In this document: positions 44,164 to 53,408 of the stretch, piece after piece
Position numbering within the stretch: position 1 is the first letter of the stretch
Layout of the letters: each line of letters opens with the position of its first letter
Source of the DNA: Candidatus Binatia bacterium
GTDB lineage: Bacteria > Desulfobacterota > Binatia > UBA12015
Direction: 5' to 3'
Length of the DNA stretch: 64,000 bases
NCBI GenBank assembly: GCA_019749875.1
Contig: JAIEPK010000091.1
Coordinates: forward strand, 14,398 to 78,397
Made by a program: the position numbers and the translations under genes
The notes under the pieces: model-generated
What the model saw: the letters and a program-made list of their open reading frames with translations, nothing else
The model's database searches: none
Told to the model about the DNA's origin: nothing

Positions 44164-44395
44164 GCCGCGACAGTTCGCGCACACGCTCGGCGAGCTGTGC
44201 GCCAAGGGCGAGTTCCAGACGACTGGCCTCCTGACCAGTCAATGCGACGCCGCGGTCGAGCACGCCATCGAGCTTCGCTTCGTCTCCAACGCGGACCTGG
44301 ACGACGCCCTGCGGCGCCTCGTGCCCGAGGAACTGAGTGCGGACGTCTACTCGATCGACCTGCGCGTGCTGCTGCGGGTCAAGGCGCACCGATGA
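44153..44395 (+). CDS. Hypothetical protein
   Basis: Overlaps both neighbours; protein-like composition. Confidence 0.55.
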   Translation: MTSEPRQFAHTLGELCAKGEFQTTGLLTSQCDAAVEHAIELRFVSNADLDDALRRLVPEELSADVYSIDLRVLLRVKAHR

Positions 44396-44631
44396 ATGGC
44401 CCCCGGTGGTGGACCGGCCCGCTCGCGCTGCTGGCGCTGTGCGGTGCGATGATCCTGATGGCGCTGCTCGCCGGCTGCGACACGCGCCAGGCCGATGCCG
44501 GCGACCCGCTGCCGATCGTCGCGACCAGCAACCGCGGCGAACTCTACCGCGTGCGCGACGGCAACGTGACGTGCTGGTTCACGATCAACTCCTACGGCAG
44601 CGCCATCTCGTGCCTGAGGGACGCGCCGTGA
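44392..44631 (+). CDS. Small lipoprotein
   Basis: Lipobox LLAGC; TCW...SAISC. Confidence 0.7.
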   Translation: MNGPRWWTGPLALLALCGAMILMALLAGCDTRQADAGDPLPIVATSNRGELYRVRDGNVTCWFTINSYGSAISCLRDAP

Positions 44632-44879
44632 GGGGCCTCGCGGAGGCCATCGACGCCTTCATCGACTTCGGCATGACGGCGATCATCCGCACCGCCGCGT
44701 TCCTCCTGGTGTGCGCGTTCTTCGGTGGCATCGTGCCGGGCCTCGCGGCTCTGCTGTCTGGCTGCGACGATCGCCCGTGCGTCCGCTCCCACACGGAACA
44801 GGCGTGGTTCAGCACCGGCGTCGCAGGCTTCTTCGCCGACATCCAGGTCTGCGACGAGTACGCCCCGGAGGCGCCGTGA
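44628..44879 (+). CDS. Small lipoprotein-like protein
   Basis: Lipobox-like LLSGC; paired Cys. Confidence 0.6.
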   Translation: MRGLAEAIDAFIDFGMTAIIRTAAFLLVCAFFGGIVPGLAALLSGCDDRPCVRSHTEQAWFSTGVAGFFADIQVCDEYAPEAP

Positions 44880-45163
44880 CCGTCAAGCTGGTCATCTCGA
44901 AACCGGCCCCGTGCAAGGGCTGCGGCCACCGCCTGCACCGAGGCGAGTGCCGGCACAGGTTCCCGTGGTGGCTCCGCGTGCTGAAGGTTCTCCACCTGGT
45001 GCGGAGGAGTATCGCGATGCGGAGACCTCCCGCGCGCTCGCTGTGGTCGTTCTGGGCGCGGCCCGTGTGCGGTTGCTACCTGTGGGACTCGCGACGTGTC
45101 TACGACTGGCAACGGCAGCACGTCATCGCGCGCCGCGCCGCGCGGCGGAGGAGCCGTCGATGA
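44876..45163 (+). CDS. Basic Cys/His hypothetical protein
   Basis: CKGCGH..H..EC...CGC; coupled. Confidence 0.55.
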   Translation: MTVKLVISKPAPCKGCGHRLHRGECRHRFPWWLRVLKVLHLVRRSIAMRRPPARSLWSFWARPVCGCYLWDSRRVYDWQRQHVIARRAARRRSRR

Positions 45164-45576
45164 CCTGGCCGCTCGCCTGTGTCGGCGTCGTGCTCGCGAT
45201 GCTCGCCCTGCGCTTCGGCGCCCTGCTGCGCGACGCGTGGCGCGGGCCGCGGTGGGACTTCACGCCGAGCGAGTTCTTCGAGGTCGTCTTCGCGCCGAAC
45301 GACTGGCGCTGGCACCACGACTACTCGATAGACGCCCTGCGGCGCGCGTTCGCGATCCCGCGCCACATGCTCGAGCCGAAGCCGCGGCTCGTCTACTCGT
45401 GGCACGAGATGCCGGTCGTCGACTGGCCGGAGCCCGAGCCTGAGCCACCGAGGAGCTCGCTGTTCGACACCTGGACGCCGCCCTTCTTCGGTGACCGTCT
45501 GCTGATCGAGTGGGAGCGGCGCGAGAAGAGCCTGCCGCGACTGCTGTCGTTCGTTCTCCCGATGGGGTGGCGGTGA
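45160..45576 (+). CDS. Membrane-anchored hypothetical protein
   Basis: GGAGGAG RBS; N-terminal TM helix. Confidence 0.55.
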   Translation: MTWPLACVGVVLAMLALRFGALLRDAWRGPRWDFTPSEFFEVVFAPNDWRWHHDYSIDALRRAFAIPRHMLEPKPRLVYSWHEMPVVDWPEPEPEPPRSSLFDTWTPPFFGDRLLIEWERREKSLPRLLSFVLPMGWR

Positions 45577-46175
45577 GCATCGCGGTCGTTCTGCCGCTCG
45601 ACGCGTCGACGACGGTCGAGCAGTACCGCCGGTCGCTCAAGACCTTCCTCGCGCAGACGATGTGCCCACGAGCGCTGGTCGTCCTCGAGCGCGGCATCTC
45701 CGAGGACCTGGACGTCGAGGTGTCGACGAGCGCATGGCCGCTGCGCGGGCACCCCGGTGTGTTCTTCTTCCGCCCGGTCGCGAGGCCGGACGACATGACG
45801 GCGGTCTACCGCGCCGGCGCGCAGGTAAACGCCGAGGTGCTCACCTGCTGGGAGCCGGGCGAGGAGTTCCACCGCGACACGCTGGGACACCTCTGGGTCG
45901 AGCAGAACAACGGCTGCGCCTCCGTCGTCTACGCGGAGGACGAGCGAATCTGGGCCGCGTGCCACCGGCAGTGGTTCGAGCTCGGGCCCGTTTTCCCGAC
46001 GGCGCGCAAGATCCGCGCGGCGCTCCTCGTGCACGGCCACCTCATCAGGCGCATCGCCCCGGTTCGGGACTACACGCCGGACCCAGGTGCTACACCACGC
46101 GCTCGCGAACGCTCTCCATCCACTCGACGATCGCGTCCTCGATCGTCTCCCTCGTCGCCCTCGCGACTGGCATGA
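45573..46175 (+). CDS. Divergent glycosyltransferase family 2-like protein
   Basis: SIAVVLP......RRSL.TFLAQT.....LVVLE GT-A N-terminal pattern; no clear DxD. Confidence 0.45.
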   Translation: MSIAVVLPLDASTTVEQYRRSLKTFLAQTMCPRALVVLERGISEDLDVEVSTSAWPLRGHPGVFFFRPVARPDDMTAVYRAGAQVNAEVLTCWEPGEEFHRDTLGHLWVEQNNGCASVVYAEDERIWAACHRQWFELGPVFPTARKIRAALLVHGHLIRRIAPVRDYTPDPGATPRARERSPSTRRSRPRSSPSSPSRLA

Positions 46176-46524
46176 GAGTCGTCCAGCGCTCGGAGAATCC
46201 GACCGAGACCCAGTCGTTCTCTTCGAGGACCACGCTGTTCGACCCGTCCTCGGTCGTCTCGTTGCGGATCGTCAGCTTCGGGCTGCTCCGGGCGCGGTGC
46301 GGCTCGAACGTGACGACGATCGTTGCCTGTTCGTGATCCGTCTCGCAGGAGACCTCCGCGCCGCTGCCACGGAGCTGGTCCGCAATGCGATCAGCCGCTG
46401 ACCGCGCATCGACGTAGGCACCATGTCGGTACTCGTCGTCGTGTCGCCGTTCGAGTTCGTCGCGAACCGCGCGCCTCATCGCCTCTCTCTTCAGGGCTGC
46501 CTTCAGGTCGTCGAGCTTGCTCAT
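46090..46524 (-). CDS. Reverse-oriented moron, hypothetical
   Basis: Opposite strand within the late operon; GGGAGA RBS-like sequence; protein-like composition. Confidence 0.65.
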   Translation of the reverse strand: MSKLDDLKAALKREAMRRAVRDELERRHDDEYRHGAYVDARSAADRIADQLRGSGAEVSCETDHEQATIVVTFEPHRARSSPKLTIRNETTEDGSNSVVLEENDWVSVGFSERWTTLMPVARATRETIEDAIVEWMESVRERVV

Positions 46525-46689
46525 CGGTGGGCTTCTCCCTTCTGCTCGCGCCCGTTACCCGCCCCACCGCGCGGGTGCAATGTCTCCCCGCCTTCCACTT
46601 GAACCCGACGCGCCTAACCTCGGGTCGTGGTCGGGGGTGGTGGTGTTGGCAGCGGCGGGGTCGGGAGTCTCGGCCCCGCCGCTCGTGTG

Positions 46690-46761
46690 GACGAGGTAGC
46701 GCAGCCTGGGAGCGCACCGGCGCCGAGCCGGAGGTCGCGGGTTCAAATCCCGCCCTCGTCC
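46690..46761 (+). ncRNA. tRNA-like element with a 5-nt anticodon loop
   Basis: Acceptor GACGAGG/CCTCGTC, D arm GCGC-AGCCTGGGA-GCGC, CCGGC-GCCGA-GCCGG, AGGTC, T arm GCGGG-TTCAAAT-CCCGC. Confidence 0.75.
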
Positions 46762-46774
46762 GTTCTCTGACGGT

Positions 46775-47302
46775 GTGCCGACCCGACGCCCATCGTTCAC
46801 GGCGGGCCGATCGCGGCACGCGAGCTTCACGCCGACGGGCGTCCGCCACCTGCGCTTCGCCTTCGAGCGCAGCGCGCATGGGCGCTTCGACTACGAGACC
46901 GACCCGACCTTCACGGTCCCCGGAGGGAACCTCGACTTGCTGAGCGGCGCGACACTCTCTGAGGTGGGCTTCGGTGCGCTCGTCTACTGCGGCACCGCCT
47001 ACTGCCGGCCGTCCGACTCGGAGGACGAGGTGCAGTTTGCGCTCCCCGCGGGCACCGTCAAGCGCCTCTACGTCCGCTGCTATCCGGCGCCCGGCTTCGG
47101 AGAGAGCTTCGCGTGCACGTTCCGCGTCGACAAGGCCGACACCCTGATCGCCGCGACCATCAGCGGCAATGGCCGCAACGCCGCATCGAACGTGAGCAAC
47201 ACCGTCACGACGACGGCCGGCCAGGCGGGCAGCGTCAAGATCACGCCCAGCTCCGGCGCGGCGTGGTCCTACCTGACCTGGACCCTCGAGATCGACCGAT
47301 GA
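46775..47302 (+). CDS. Beta-sandwich (jelly-roll-like) protein
   Basis: C-terminal domain resembles that of 47433-48290 (AGTVKRLYV...AGQAGSVKI...WTLE). Confidence 0.6.
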   Translation: MPTRRPSFTAGRSRHASFTPTGVRHLRFAFERSAHGRFDYETDPTFTVPGGNLDLLSGATLSEVGFGALVYCGTAYCRPSDSEDEVQFALPAGTVKRLYVRCYPAPGFGESFACTFRVDKADTLIAATISGNGRNAASNVSNTVTTTAGQAGSVKITPSSGAAWSYLTWTLEIDR

Positions 47303-47303
47303 T

Positions 47304-47387
47304 GGGGCCGGACGCCGACGTCGGGTCGGCACGCGGCTGTAGACCGCGCGTCTTCGGACACGGGGGGTTCGACTCCCTCCCGCCCCA
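47304..47387 (+). tRNA. Atypical tRNA-Tyr(GTA)
   Basis: CGCGG-CTGTAGA-CCGCG anticodon arm, variable arm GTC-TTCG-GAC, GGTTCGACTCC T arm; 6-bp D stem; one acceptor mismatch. Confidence 0.7.
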
Positions 47388-47432
47388 CTCTTTCCCGCCC
47401 CCCGATCCCAACGAAACCCTCGGGGGTGTCAG

Positions 47433-48290
47433 GTGAAGAAGGTCAAGCGTCTCCTCGCGCGGTCGGTGATCGCGCTCCTGCTCGCGATCGGCGTCCTGCA
47501 GGTCAGCATCCAGCCCGCGCTCGCGCAGAAGGCCGGCCCCGGCGAGCCGTTCCGCTTCCGCGGCGGCCTCGCGTACTTCGGCCCGACCGACTCGGACACG
47601 CTCCGATCGCGCGTCACCGATGCGACCGGCTCCGGTGGGGGTCTGGTGTTCGCGACCGGCCCGACCATCTCGGGGGGCACGTTCTCCAACCCCACCATGA
47701 CCGGCACCGTCACCGTGCCGGATGGCTTCCTCGCGTCCATCGCGAAGTTCGCCTCGGGCATCCTGTCTGGCAACGGCTCGAAGCTCGCGACCGTCACCGG
47801 CGCGCAGACCGCCGGCAAGCAGCTCACCTACGACGCATCGGGAAACGTCATCGTCTCGTCCTACGACGTCGGCGCCGCGGGCACCGGTAAGCAGATCCTG
47901 TCGTTCTCGAGCCAAACCGTCCTTCCCTTCGCGGACTCCGGCTCGACGAACTACCTCGGCCTCGGCGGCAAGGTCGGCGCTTCGGGAGATGAGGTCTGGG
48001 TCCGCGCACCGCTCAGCGGCGGCACCGCGTCGAAGCTCCGCTGTTTCGCGACCGGCTCGACCGGTGGCTCGGGCGCGGTCGTTACGCTCGGGTCCGGTGC
48101 GTGCGGAAGCCCGCTCACCTACCCCGGCAGCGGCCAGGTCACGGTCACCGTCACCTCGACAACGGCTGTCTCCGACACCTCGCAAACCCACTCCGTGACG
48201 GATGGACATTGCGTCGCCCTGAAGGTTGTGTGGACCGACACGACCACCGACCAGGGCCTCAACTGCACCCTCGAGTACGCTCTGAGCTGA
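47433..48290 (+). CDS. Signal-peptide-bearing fibre/decoration-like protein
   Basis: Signal peptide ending ALA; TDATGSGGGLVFATGPTI fibre-like motif; C-terminal beta domain. Confidence 0.75.
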   Translation: MKKVKRLLARSVIALLLAIGVLQVSIQPALAQKAGPGEPFRFRGGLAYFGPTDSDTLRSRVTDATGSGGGLVFATGPTISGGTFSNPTMTGTVTVPDGFLASIAKFASGILSGNGSKLATVTGAQTAGKQLTYDASGNVIVSSYDVGAAGTGKQILSFSSQTVLPFADSGSTNYLGLGGKVGASGDEVWVRAPLSGGTASKLRCFATGSTGGSGAVVTLGSGACGSPLTYPGSGQVTVTVTSTTAVSDTSQTHSVTDGHCVALKVVWTDTTTDQGLNCTLEYALS

Positions 48291-48298
48291 GGAGCACC

Positions 48299-51235
48299 AT
48301 GAACCATCGTACCACCCCACGGGCCCTCGCCATCCTGGTTGGCCTGACGGCACTCCTGTCTCTCTCGCCGGAGGCGCACGCGCAGCGCAGTAGCGGCGTC
48401 GCGCGCTTCCGGGGCGGCATGATCTCGTTCGCTTGCGCCGCCGGCAAGCTGCTGGGCGTCAACTCGAGCGGCTATGCCGCATGCCGCCAAGCTGGCAACG
48501 CGCTGGTCGCTGAGGACATCGGGCTCCACTGCGACCAGAGCGCCAATGACACGTCGACGATTCGGTCGGCGATCGAGGGCGGAACCGCCGCGGGCAAGAC
48601 GCTCCGGTTGCCGTCCGGGTGCAAGAGCCTACTGGGCACGCCGGGCGCGGGCGACTCGGTAGCCGACCTGATGACCGACACCGTCATCGAGTGCGAGGAC
48701 CACTCCGCCGGCTTCGTGCTGGCGACCAAGACCTGCTCGTCAGGTAGCGACACGCCGGGCGCAGCATGCACGGCGGACAACCAGTGTCGGAATGGGACGT
48801 GCCAGGGCGACGTGACCGGCGACGCGTTCGCTCCCAGCTCGGGCAGCACGTACACCGTCTTCGGCGCGGCGTCCGGCGCGCAGCGCGTCGCCGTCAAGGG
48901 CTGCTCGATCTGGGCGAACGGCGCCAATGGCATTCCCGCCGCGGTCGGCGGCAACGACAAGCGGTGGGGCTACTGCAACGGCGCGGGCTCGAGCACCGCC
49001 GGACAGGGCTGCTTCTCGGGGTGTAACGTCGCGTCGGGCGTCCTGTACGGCCTGCCCTGCACCAGCGATGCCTCGTGCGGAGCTGGTGCGTGCGTGGACC
49101 TCGCTGGGAGCTGCAAGACGAACGGCGGCACGTGCCTGGGGGCGATTCCGTACGCGACGCCCTGGGGCGCGTCGGGTCGCGGCAAGATCCACCCCATCGA
49201 CTTCTCGGCCGGCTCCAGCGACGCCATCCGGAGCGTCAAGATCTGGGACCACCGCCGAGGAGACTTCTCCGTCAAGTCGGGGAACTCCGGCTCGATCGCC
49301 GACGTCACGAACAATCTCGCGTCGGCCATGGCGACACCGCCGATCGCCAACTTCCCCCACGGGCCCAAGCTCCAGGCGAGCGTCAACTACGGGATCTACG
49401 GCACTTACGGAACCAGCATCGAGCGGTTCGACGTCAGCGGGTGGGATGCGGCGGTCTACGCAGCCGGCCGGAACACGGTCCTGGGGGGCTCGGGCTCCGG
49501 GTATGGCGACCCCGCCGAGTCGACGTGGAACGGCACCGCCGGCATCGAGATCGCCGGCAGCTACGTCCGCTCGTACGGCTTCGTGGGCGGGCCAGGCTTG
49601 CTCAACTGCGTCCGTCCAAAGTTCGGACTGGGATACAACTTCCTCGTCTCGTCGCCCTACTGCGACTCGCACATCGGGGCGAAGTTCATCGCTCAGGATG
49701 CGGGCAACCAGTACGCCGACCTCCGGGGTGCGTGGGGCAGCATCGCGAGCGTGATGAGCCTCGGCGACCAGCGAGGGCGTTGCCCAACCGGAACCCCGCG
49801 CGCCAACAAGCTCTGCATCTTCGGAGCCGGCACCGACGCGACGATCGGGTGCCCCTCGTCGGCGTGCGCGGCGCACAACGACTTCCCGGCCACGGGCGTC
49901 ACCCACCTGGAGGTCGGTGGCACAACCCTTCTCCACACCGATCAGGCGAACGCCGCGCTGATCCGGGCGACCGACAGCAAGCGCTGCGCTGATGGCACCG
50001 GAACCATCGGCGGCCCCTGCACCGCGGACGCCGACTGCGGGACGGGCGGCAAGTGCCGCTTCCTCCGGTACTCCGACGTGTCGATCAAGGCCGAGCTGTA
50101 CGTCGGGGGGACGACGGGCGTCACCGGAGTGGACCTCTCGACGTCGAGCGTCGGCCAGGCGATCGACTCGCCGCTCGTGGGTGGAGGGCCGTCGATCGAG
50201 GTGTGGGACCTCGACCTGAGCTTCGGCAAGCTCGCGGTCGGCGTCAAGTTCCCGACCGCCACTCGCCGGTGCGTCGGTGGGGCGAGCGCCGGCAACACCT
50301 GCTCGGCGCACACCGACTGCACGGGCGGCGGCAGCTGCGAGCTGCCCGTCAAGAACTTCGTGATCCGCGGCAATGCGGGCGCCGTCACCACGCCGCTCCA
50401 GGGCTGGGACTGGGGCTTCGGCGACTACTCCGGCCTGTCCGGGCTGCTCCCGAGCGACGACCAGTGCAAGCCGATCAACTACGTGGCGGGCGAGGCGCTC
50501 ACCCGTGGCCAGGTCGTGTCGGCCTCGTCCTCGACGGACAACGCCGTCGTCAAGACCACCACGGGTAATCCTGAGCGTGCTCTCGGCGTCGCGCTCGGCG
50601 ACACGATCAGCGGCGACACCGTCAAGGTCTGCTCGCTGGGCGTCGCCGCGTGCATCGCGGACGAGGCGATCAGCAACGGCGCGGCGCTCACGCCGTCGAC
50701 CTCGACCTCCGGCCGGGTCAAGACGTGGTCGACGGGGGACGTCATCGTCGGTCGAGCCTTGGACAGTCCCGGCTCCGCGGGAACGGTCTTCGACTGCGCG
50801 ATCGGTCCCGTTCCGCCGACGCAGGGATCGACGTCGGTGTTCCCGAAGTTCGACTCGGACCGCCTAGCCACGAGCCAGGGCTTCACGTCGTCGTGTGCGA
50901 CGACGCAATTGCTCAACGCGAAGACCTACACCGCGACCAGCGGGAAGAAGATCCGGCTCGAATCGTACGTTCCCGTCAATCAGACGACGAGCGCCACCCG
51001 CACCGCAACGATCTACCTGAAGCGCGGCGGCTCGGGCTGCGACTCGGGCTCGCCGACTATCCTCGCGCAGGCCGACACCGCGCTCACGTCGGCGCAGAAC
51101 AAGATCAACGCCTCCCTGTCGTACACCGACACGGGACAGAGCGGCTCCGTCACGTACCGCGTGTGCGCGTGCTCGAACGGCGCGGGAACGCAGGCCGATG
51201 CCGGCTCGGTGCTGAACATCACCGAGACGAACTGA
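48299..51235 (+). CDS. Large secreted Cys-rich protein with beta-helix-like and capsid-cement (DUF2190-like) segments
   Basis: Signal peptide ending AHA; repeated C...G..C..D..C..G.C; AGEALTRGQVV...ALGVAL...EAISNG...IVGRAL. Confidence 0.8.
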   Translation: MNHRTTPRALAILVGLTALLSLSPEAHAQRSSGVARFRGGMISFACAAGKLLGVNSSGYAACRQAGNALVAEDIGLHCDQSANDTSTIRSAIEGGTAAGKTLRLPSGCKSLLGTPGAGDSVADLMTDTVIECEDHSAGFVLATKTCSSGSDTPGAACTADNQCRNGTCQGDVTGDAFAPSSGSTYTVFGAASGAQRVAVKGCSIWANGANGIPAAVGGNDKRWGYCNGAGSSTAGQGCFSGCNVASGVLYGLPCTSDASCGAGACVDLAGSCKTNGGTCLGAIPYATPWGASGRGKIHPIDFSAGSSDAIRSVKIWDHRRGDFSVKSGNSGSIADVTNNLASAMATPPIANFPHGPKLQASVNYGIYGTYGTSIERFDVSGWDAAVYAAGRNTVLGGSGSGYGDPAESTWNGTAGIEIAGSYVRSYGFVGGPGLLNCVRPKFGLGYNFLVSSPYCDSHIGAKFIAQDAGNQYADLRGAWGSIASVMSLGDQRGRCPTGTPRANKLCIFGAGTDATIGCPSSACAAHNDFPATGVTHLEVGGTTLLHTDQANAALIRATDSKRCADGTGTIGGPCTADADCGTGGKCRFLRYSDVSIKAELYVGGTTGVTGVDLSTSSVGQAIDSPLVGGGPSIEVWDLDLSFGKLAVGVKFPTATRRCVGGASAGNTCSAHTDCTGGGSCELPVKNFVIRGNAGAVTTPLQGWDWGFGDYSGLSGLLPSDDQCKPINYVAGEALTRGQVVSASSSTDNAVVKTTTGNPERALGVALGDTISGDTVKVCSLGVAACIADEAISNGAALTPSTSTSGRVKTWSTGDVIVGRALDSPGSAGTVFDCAIGPVPPTQGSTSVFPKFDSDRLATSQGFTSSCATTQLLNAKTYTATSGKKIRLESYVPVNQTTSATRTATIYLKRGGSGCDSGSPTILAQADTALTSAQNKINASLSYTDTGQSGSVTYRVCACSNGAGTQADAGSVLNITETN

Positions 51236-51310
51236 CCTCGCCCCCGGTCCCATGTCCCCGCGACGGCCTCGGCCGTCAAGCAGTGCCGGCACCCCGGCAC
51301 GGAGACGAGA

Positions 51311-51754
51311 ATGGGACTCAGGAAGTTCGTGCTGGTGCTTCTGGCACTGGCGGTCGCGCTGTACGTGGGGACCGGCGATGCGCTCGCCGTCAAGGCCGAT
51401 CTCAAGACCGGCACCTCGCTGAGCTCAGCCACGAGCACGGCCGTGGTCCCGGCGAACAGCCGGCGCATCAAGCTCACGATCCTCAACCTCGCCGCGACCA
51501 ACCCGATGACGTGCACCACGCTCGGTACTGCGACGGCCACGAACGGCTTCGTCATTCCGGCGTCCGGCTCGAAGGTGTTCGACACCAAGGCCGAGGCGAA
51601 GCGTGCATTCAAGTGCTTCAGCACGTCGGGTACCACCGCCGGCTACGACGAGGTGGTCGACGACGACTTCGCGCTGACGGCGCCGACGCCGACGCCGATC
51701 GCCACCCCGACCCCGACGCCGATCGCCACCCCGACCCCGACCCCGACTCCGTAA
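51311..51754 (+). CDS. Small secreted protein with Pro/Thr tail
   Basis: Signal peptide ending ALA; PANSRRIKLTILN and ATATNGFVI motifs. Confidence 0.75.
   Translation: MGLRKFVLVLLALAVALYVGTGDALAVKADLKTGTSLSSATSTAVVPANSRRIKLTILNLAATNPMTCTTLGTATATNGFVIPASGSKVFDTKAEAKRAFKCFSTSGTTAGYDEVVDDDFALTAPTPTPIATPTPTPIATPTPTPTP
51683..51751 (+). repeat. Coding tandem repeat (PTPTPIAT)
   Basis: 24-bp unit CCGACGCCGATCGCCACCCCGACC present twice plus partial copies. Confidence 0.8.
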
Positions 51755-51808
51755 GCGGGTCACGCCCCTCGCCCCTCTTCCCCGCCCCTCCGACCAAGGG
51801 AAGACGCG

Positions 51809-52771
51809 ATGGACACGACCTTCGAGCGATACACCGCGGGCGAGACTGCGGAATACGGCGGCGTCCTGCGCTACCCTCCCGCTGCGGGGGATGACGAGGG
51901 TGACCCGATCCCAAAGAGCGACATCGCGAAGCTCGAGGTGACGCTCACCAACGCCGCCGACGGGCAGATCGTGAACGGCAGAGAGGCGCAGAGCCTGCTC
52001 GACGCGAACGACGGACAGGTGAATGACACCTCGGGCGGGTTCCGCTGGAAGATCCAGCGCGCCGACACGGACCACGTCGGCGAAGGCTTCGACTTCGAGG
52101 AGCACGACGCCGACTTCGTGCTCGAAACGGTCTCCGGCCACCGACTGACGTGGCGGCACCGGATGCATTGCAGTCGCGTCGCGCCGCTCTGCGCGTGGAC
52201 CGACGTGCTCCTGTCGAAAGCCGACCTAGATCCGGGGGAGCGGCTCTGGGTCGAGCTGCTGATCGGTGCCGCGACGCGCACGGCTGAGGAGATCGCCCGG
52301 CGATCGCTGCGTGGCGGCTACACCGAGGCGCATCCCGTCACCGAGGTCCACTCCGTGCGCCGCGGCCAGCGCAGCATTCGCGTGCGGCACTGGCCGGTGA
52401 CCAAGATCGTCTCCGTCAAGGACTCGCTCACCGGAGACTTCGAGCACGCGGCGCCGCTCTCCGTGACGTCTTACGCCATGTCGACCCCCGAGACGCTCCG
52501 CCTGCGAGACGACGTGACCGGGTTCCAGGGCGGGCCCGGCACGGTCGAGCTGAAGCTCGCCGGCGGCTTTGCGCGCAGCGCAGGCGCCGTCCCCGAGCAC
52601 ATCCGCGTCGCGACCATCCGCCAGGTCATCCACTGGCTCGACACCTCTGGCTCGCCGGCTGCGACGGGCCGCTCGGTGGGCAGCATGTCGTCGAGCTACG
52701 CAGCGCCGAGCGCGTTGCTGCCCGAGGTGGCGGCCGCGTACCGGACCCTGCGCAGCCGGATCCCGCTCTGA
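51809..52771 (+). CDS. Head-tail adaptor (gp6/gp15-like) with N-terminal Ig-like domain
   Basis: LIGAAT..AE....R, HWPVTKIVSV, AGGF...VPEHIRVA and LPEV...R motifs. Confidence 0.8.
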   Translation: MDTTFERYTAGETAEYGGVLRYPPAAGDDEGDPIPKSDIAKLEVTLTNAADGQIVNGREAQSLLDANDGQVNDTSGGFRWKIQRADTDHVGEGFDFEEHDADFVLETVSGHRLTWRHRMHCSRVAPLCAWTDVLLSKADLDPGERLWVELLIGAATRTAEEIARRSLRGGYTEAHPVTEVHSVRRGQRSIRVRHWPVTKIVSVKDSLTGDFEHAAPLSVTSYAMSTPETLRLRDDVTGFQGGPGTVELKLAGGFARSAGAVPEHIRVATIRQVIHWLDTSGSPAATGRSVGSMSSSYAAPSALLPEVAAAYRTLRSRIPL

Positions 52772-52772
52772 G

Positions 52773-53408
52773 ATGGCGGCGGGACTCAAGATCGACGCGC
52801 AGCAGGTCGCGGACCGCTTCGCTGGCGTGAAGGAACGCCTCGAGCGGAGCCGCGCGAAGGCGCTCAACGAGGCGGGCAAGTACCTCGTCGGACAGATCGT
52901 CCGGCCGATGCGCAAGGGCTACCTGCAGCTCACCGGCCGCCTCAAGAGTTCCATCGGCCACGAGGTGCAGGGTAACCGGCTCGACGTCGGAGTGGTGCGC
53001 CCGGTCGCCGGCGACGTGCTGCGCTACGCGGGCATTCAGCACGAGGGTGGCACCATCACGGGCAAGCCGTTCCTCGCGATCCCGCTCGACTACCCCGGCA
53101 ACCCGATCTTCACTAAGGCGGGCGTTTCCGCCGTGAAGGCGAGCTTCGTGCGGGACAACCCTGGGCAGTTCGGCCTCAAGGGCACGTTCGCCGCGAAGGG
53201 CGTGATCTTCGGTGTGCCGGCGAACGCCGTCGGCAAGCGGCGCAAGGGCCTGGGCGGCTTCAAGGGCTGGAACATCATCGCGCTCTTCGCGCTCAAGCGC
53301 TCCGTCACGATCCGCGCGAAGCGCTACGTGGTCGGTCCCGTTACGGAGAACGTCGGACGCGTGCGCGATTACATCGCGCGCGCCGTCAAGGAGGCTCTCG
53401 GTGGCTAA
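52773..53408 (+). CDS. Virion morphogenesis / tail completion protein (HK97 gp10-like)
   Basis: TGRLKSSI, YAGIQHEGG and V.I.AKRY motifs. Confidence 0.8.
   Translation: MAAGLKIDAQQVADRFAGVKERLERSRAKALNEAGKYLVGQIVRPMRKGYLQLTGRLKSSIGHEVQGNRLDVGVVRPVAGDVLRYAGIQHEGGTITGKPFLAIPLDYPGNPIFTKAGVSAVKASFVRDNPGQFGLKGTFAAKGVIFGVPANAVGKRRKGLGGFKGWNIIALFALKRSVTIRAKRYVVGPVTENVGRVRDYIARAVKEALGG

Noticed and set aside
47304..47387. Selenocysteine or suppressor tRNA
   Set aside because: The 6-bp D stem is Sec-like, but the anticodon is GTA, not TCA or CTA.
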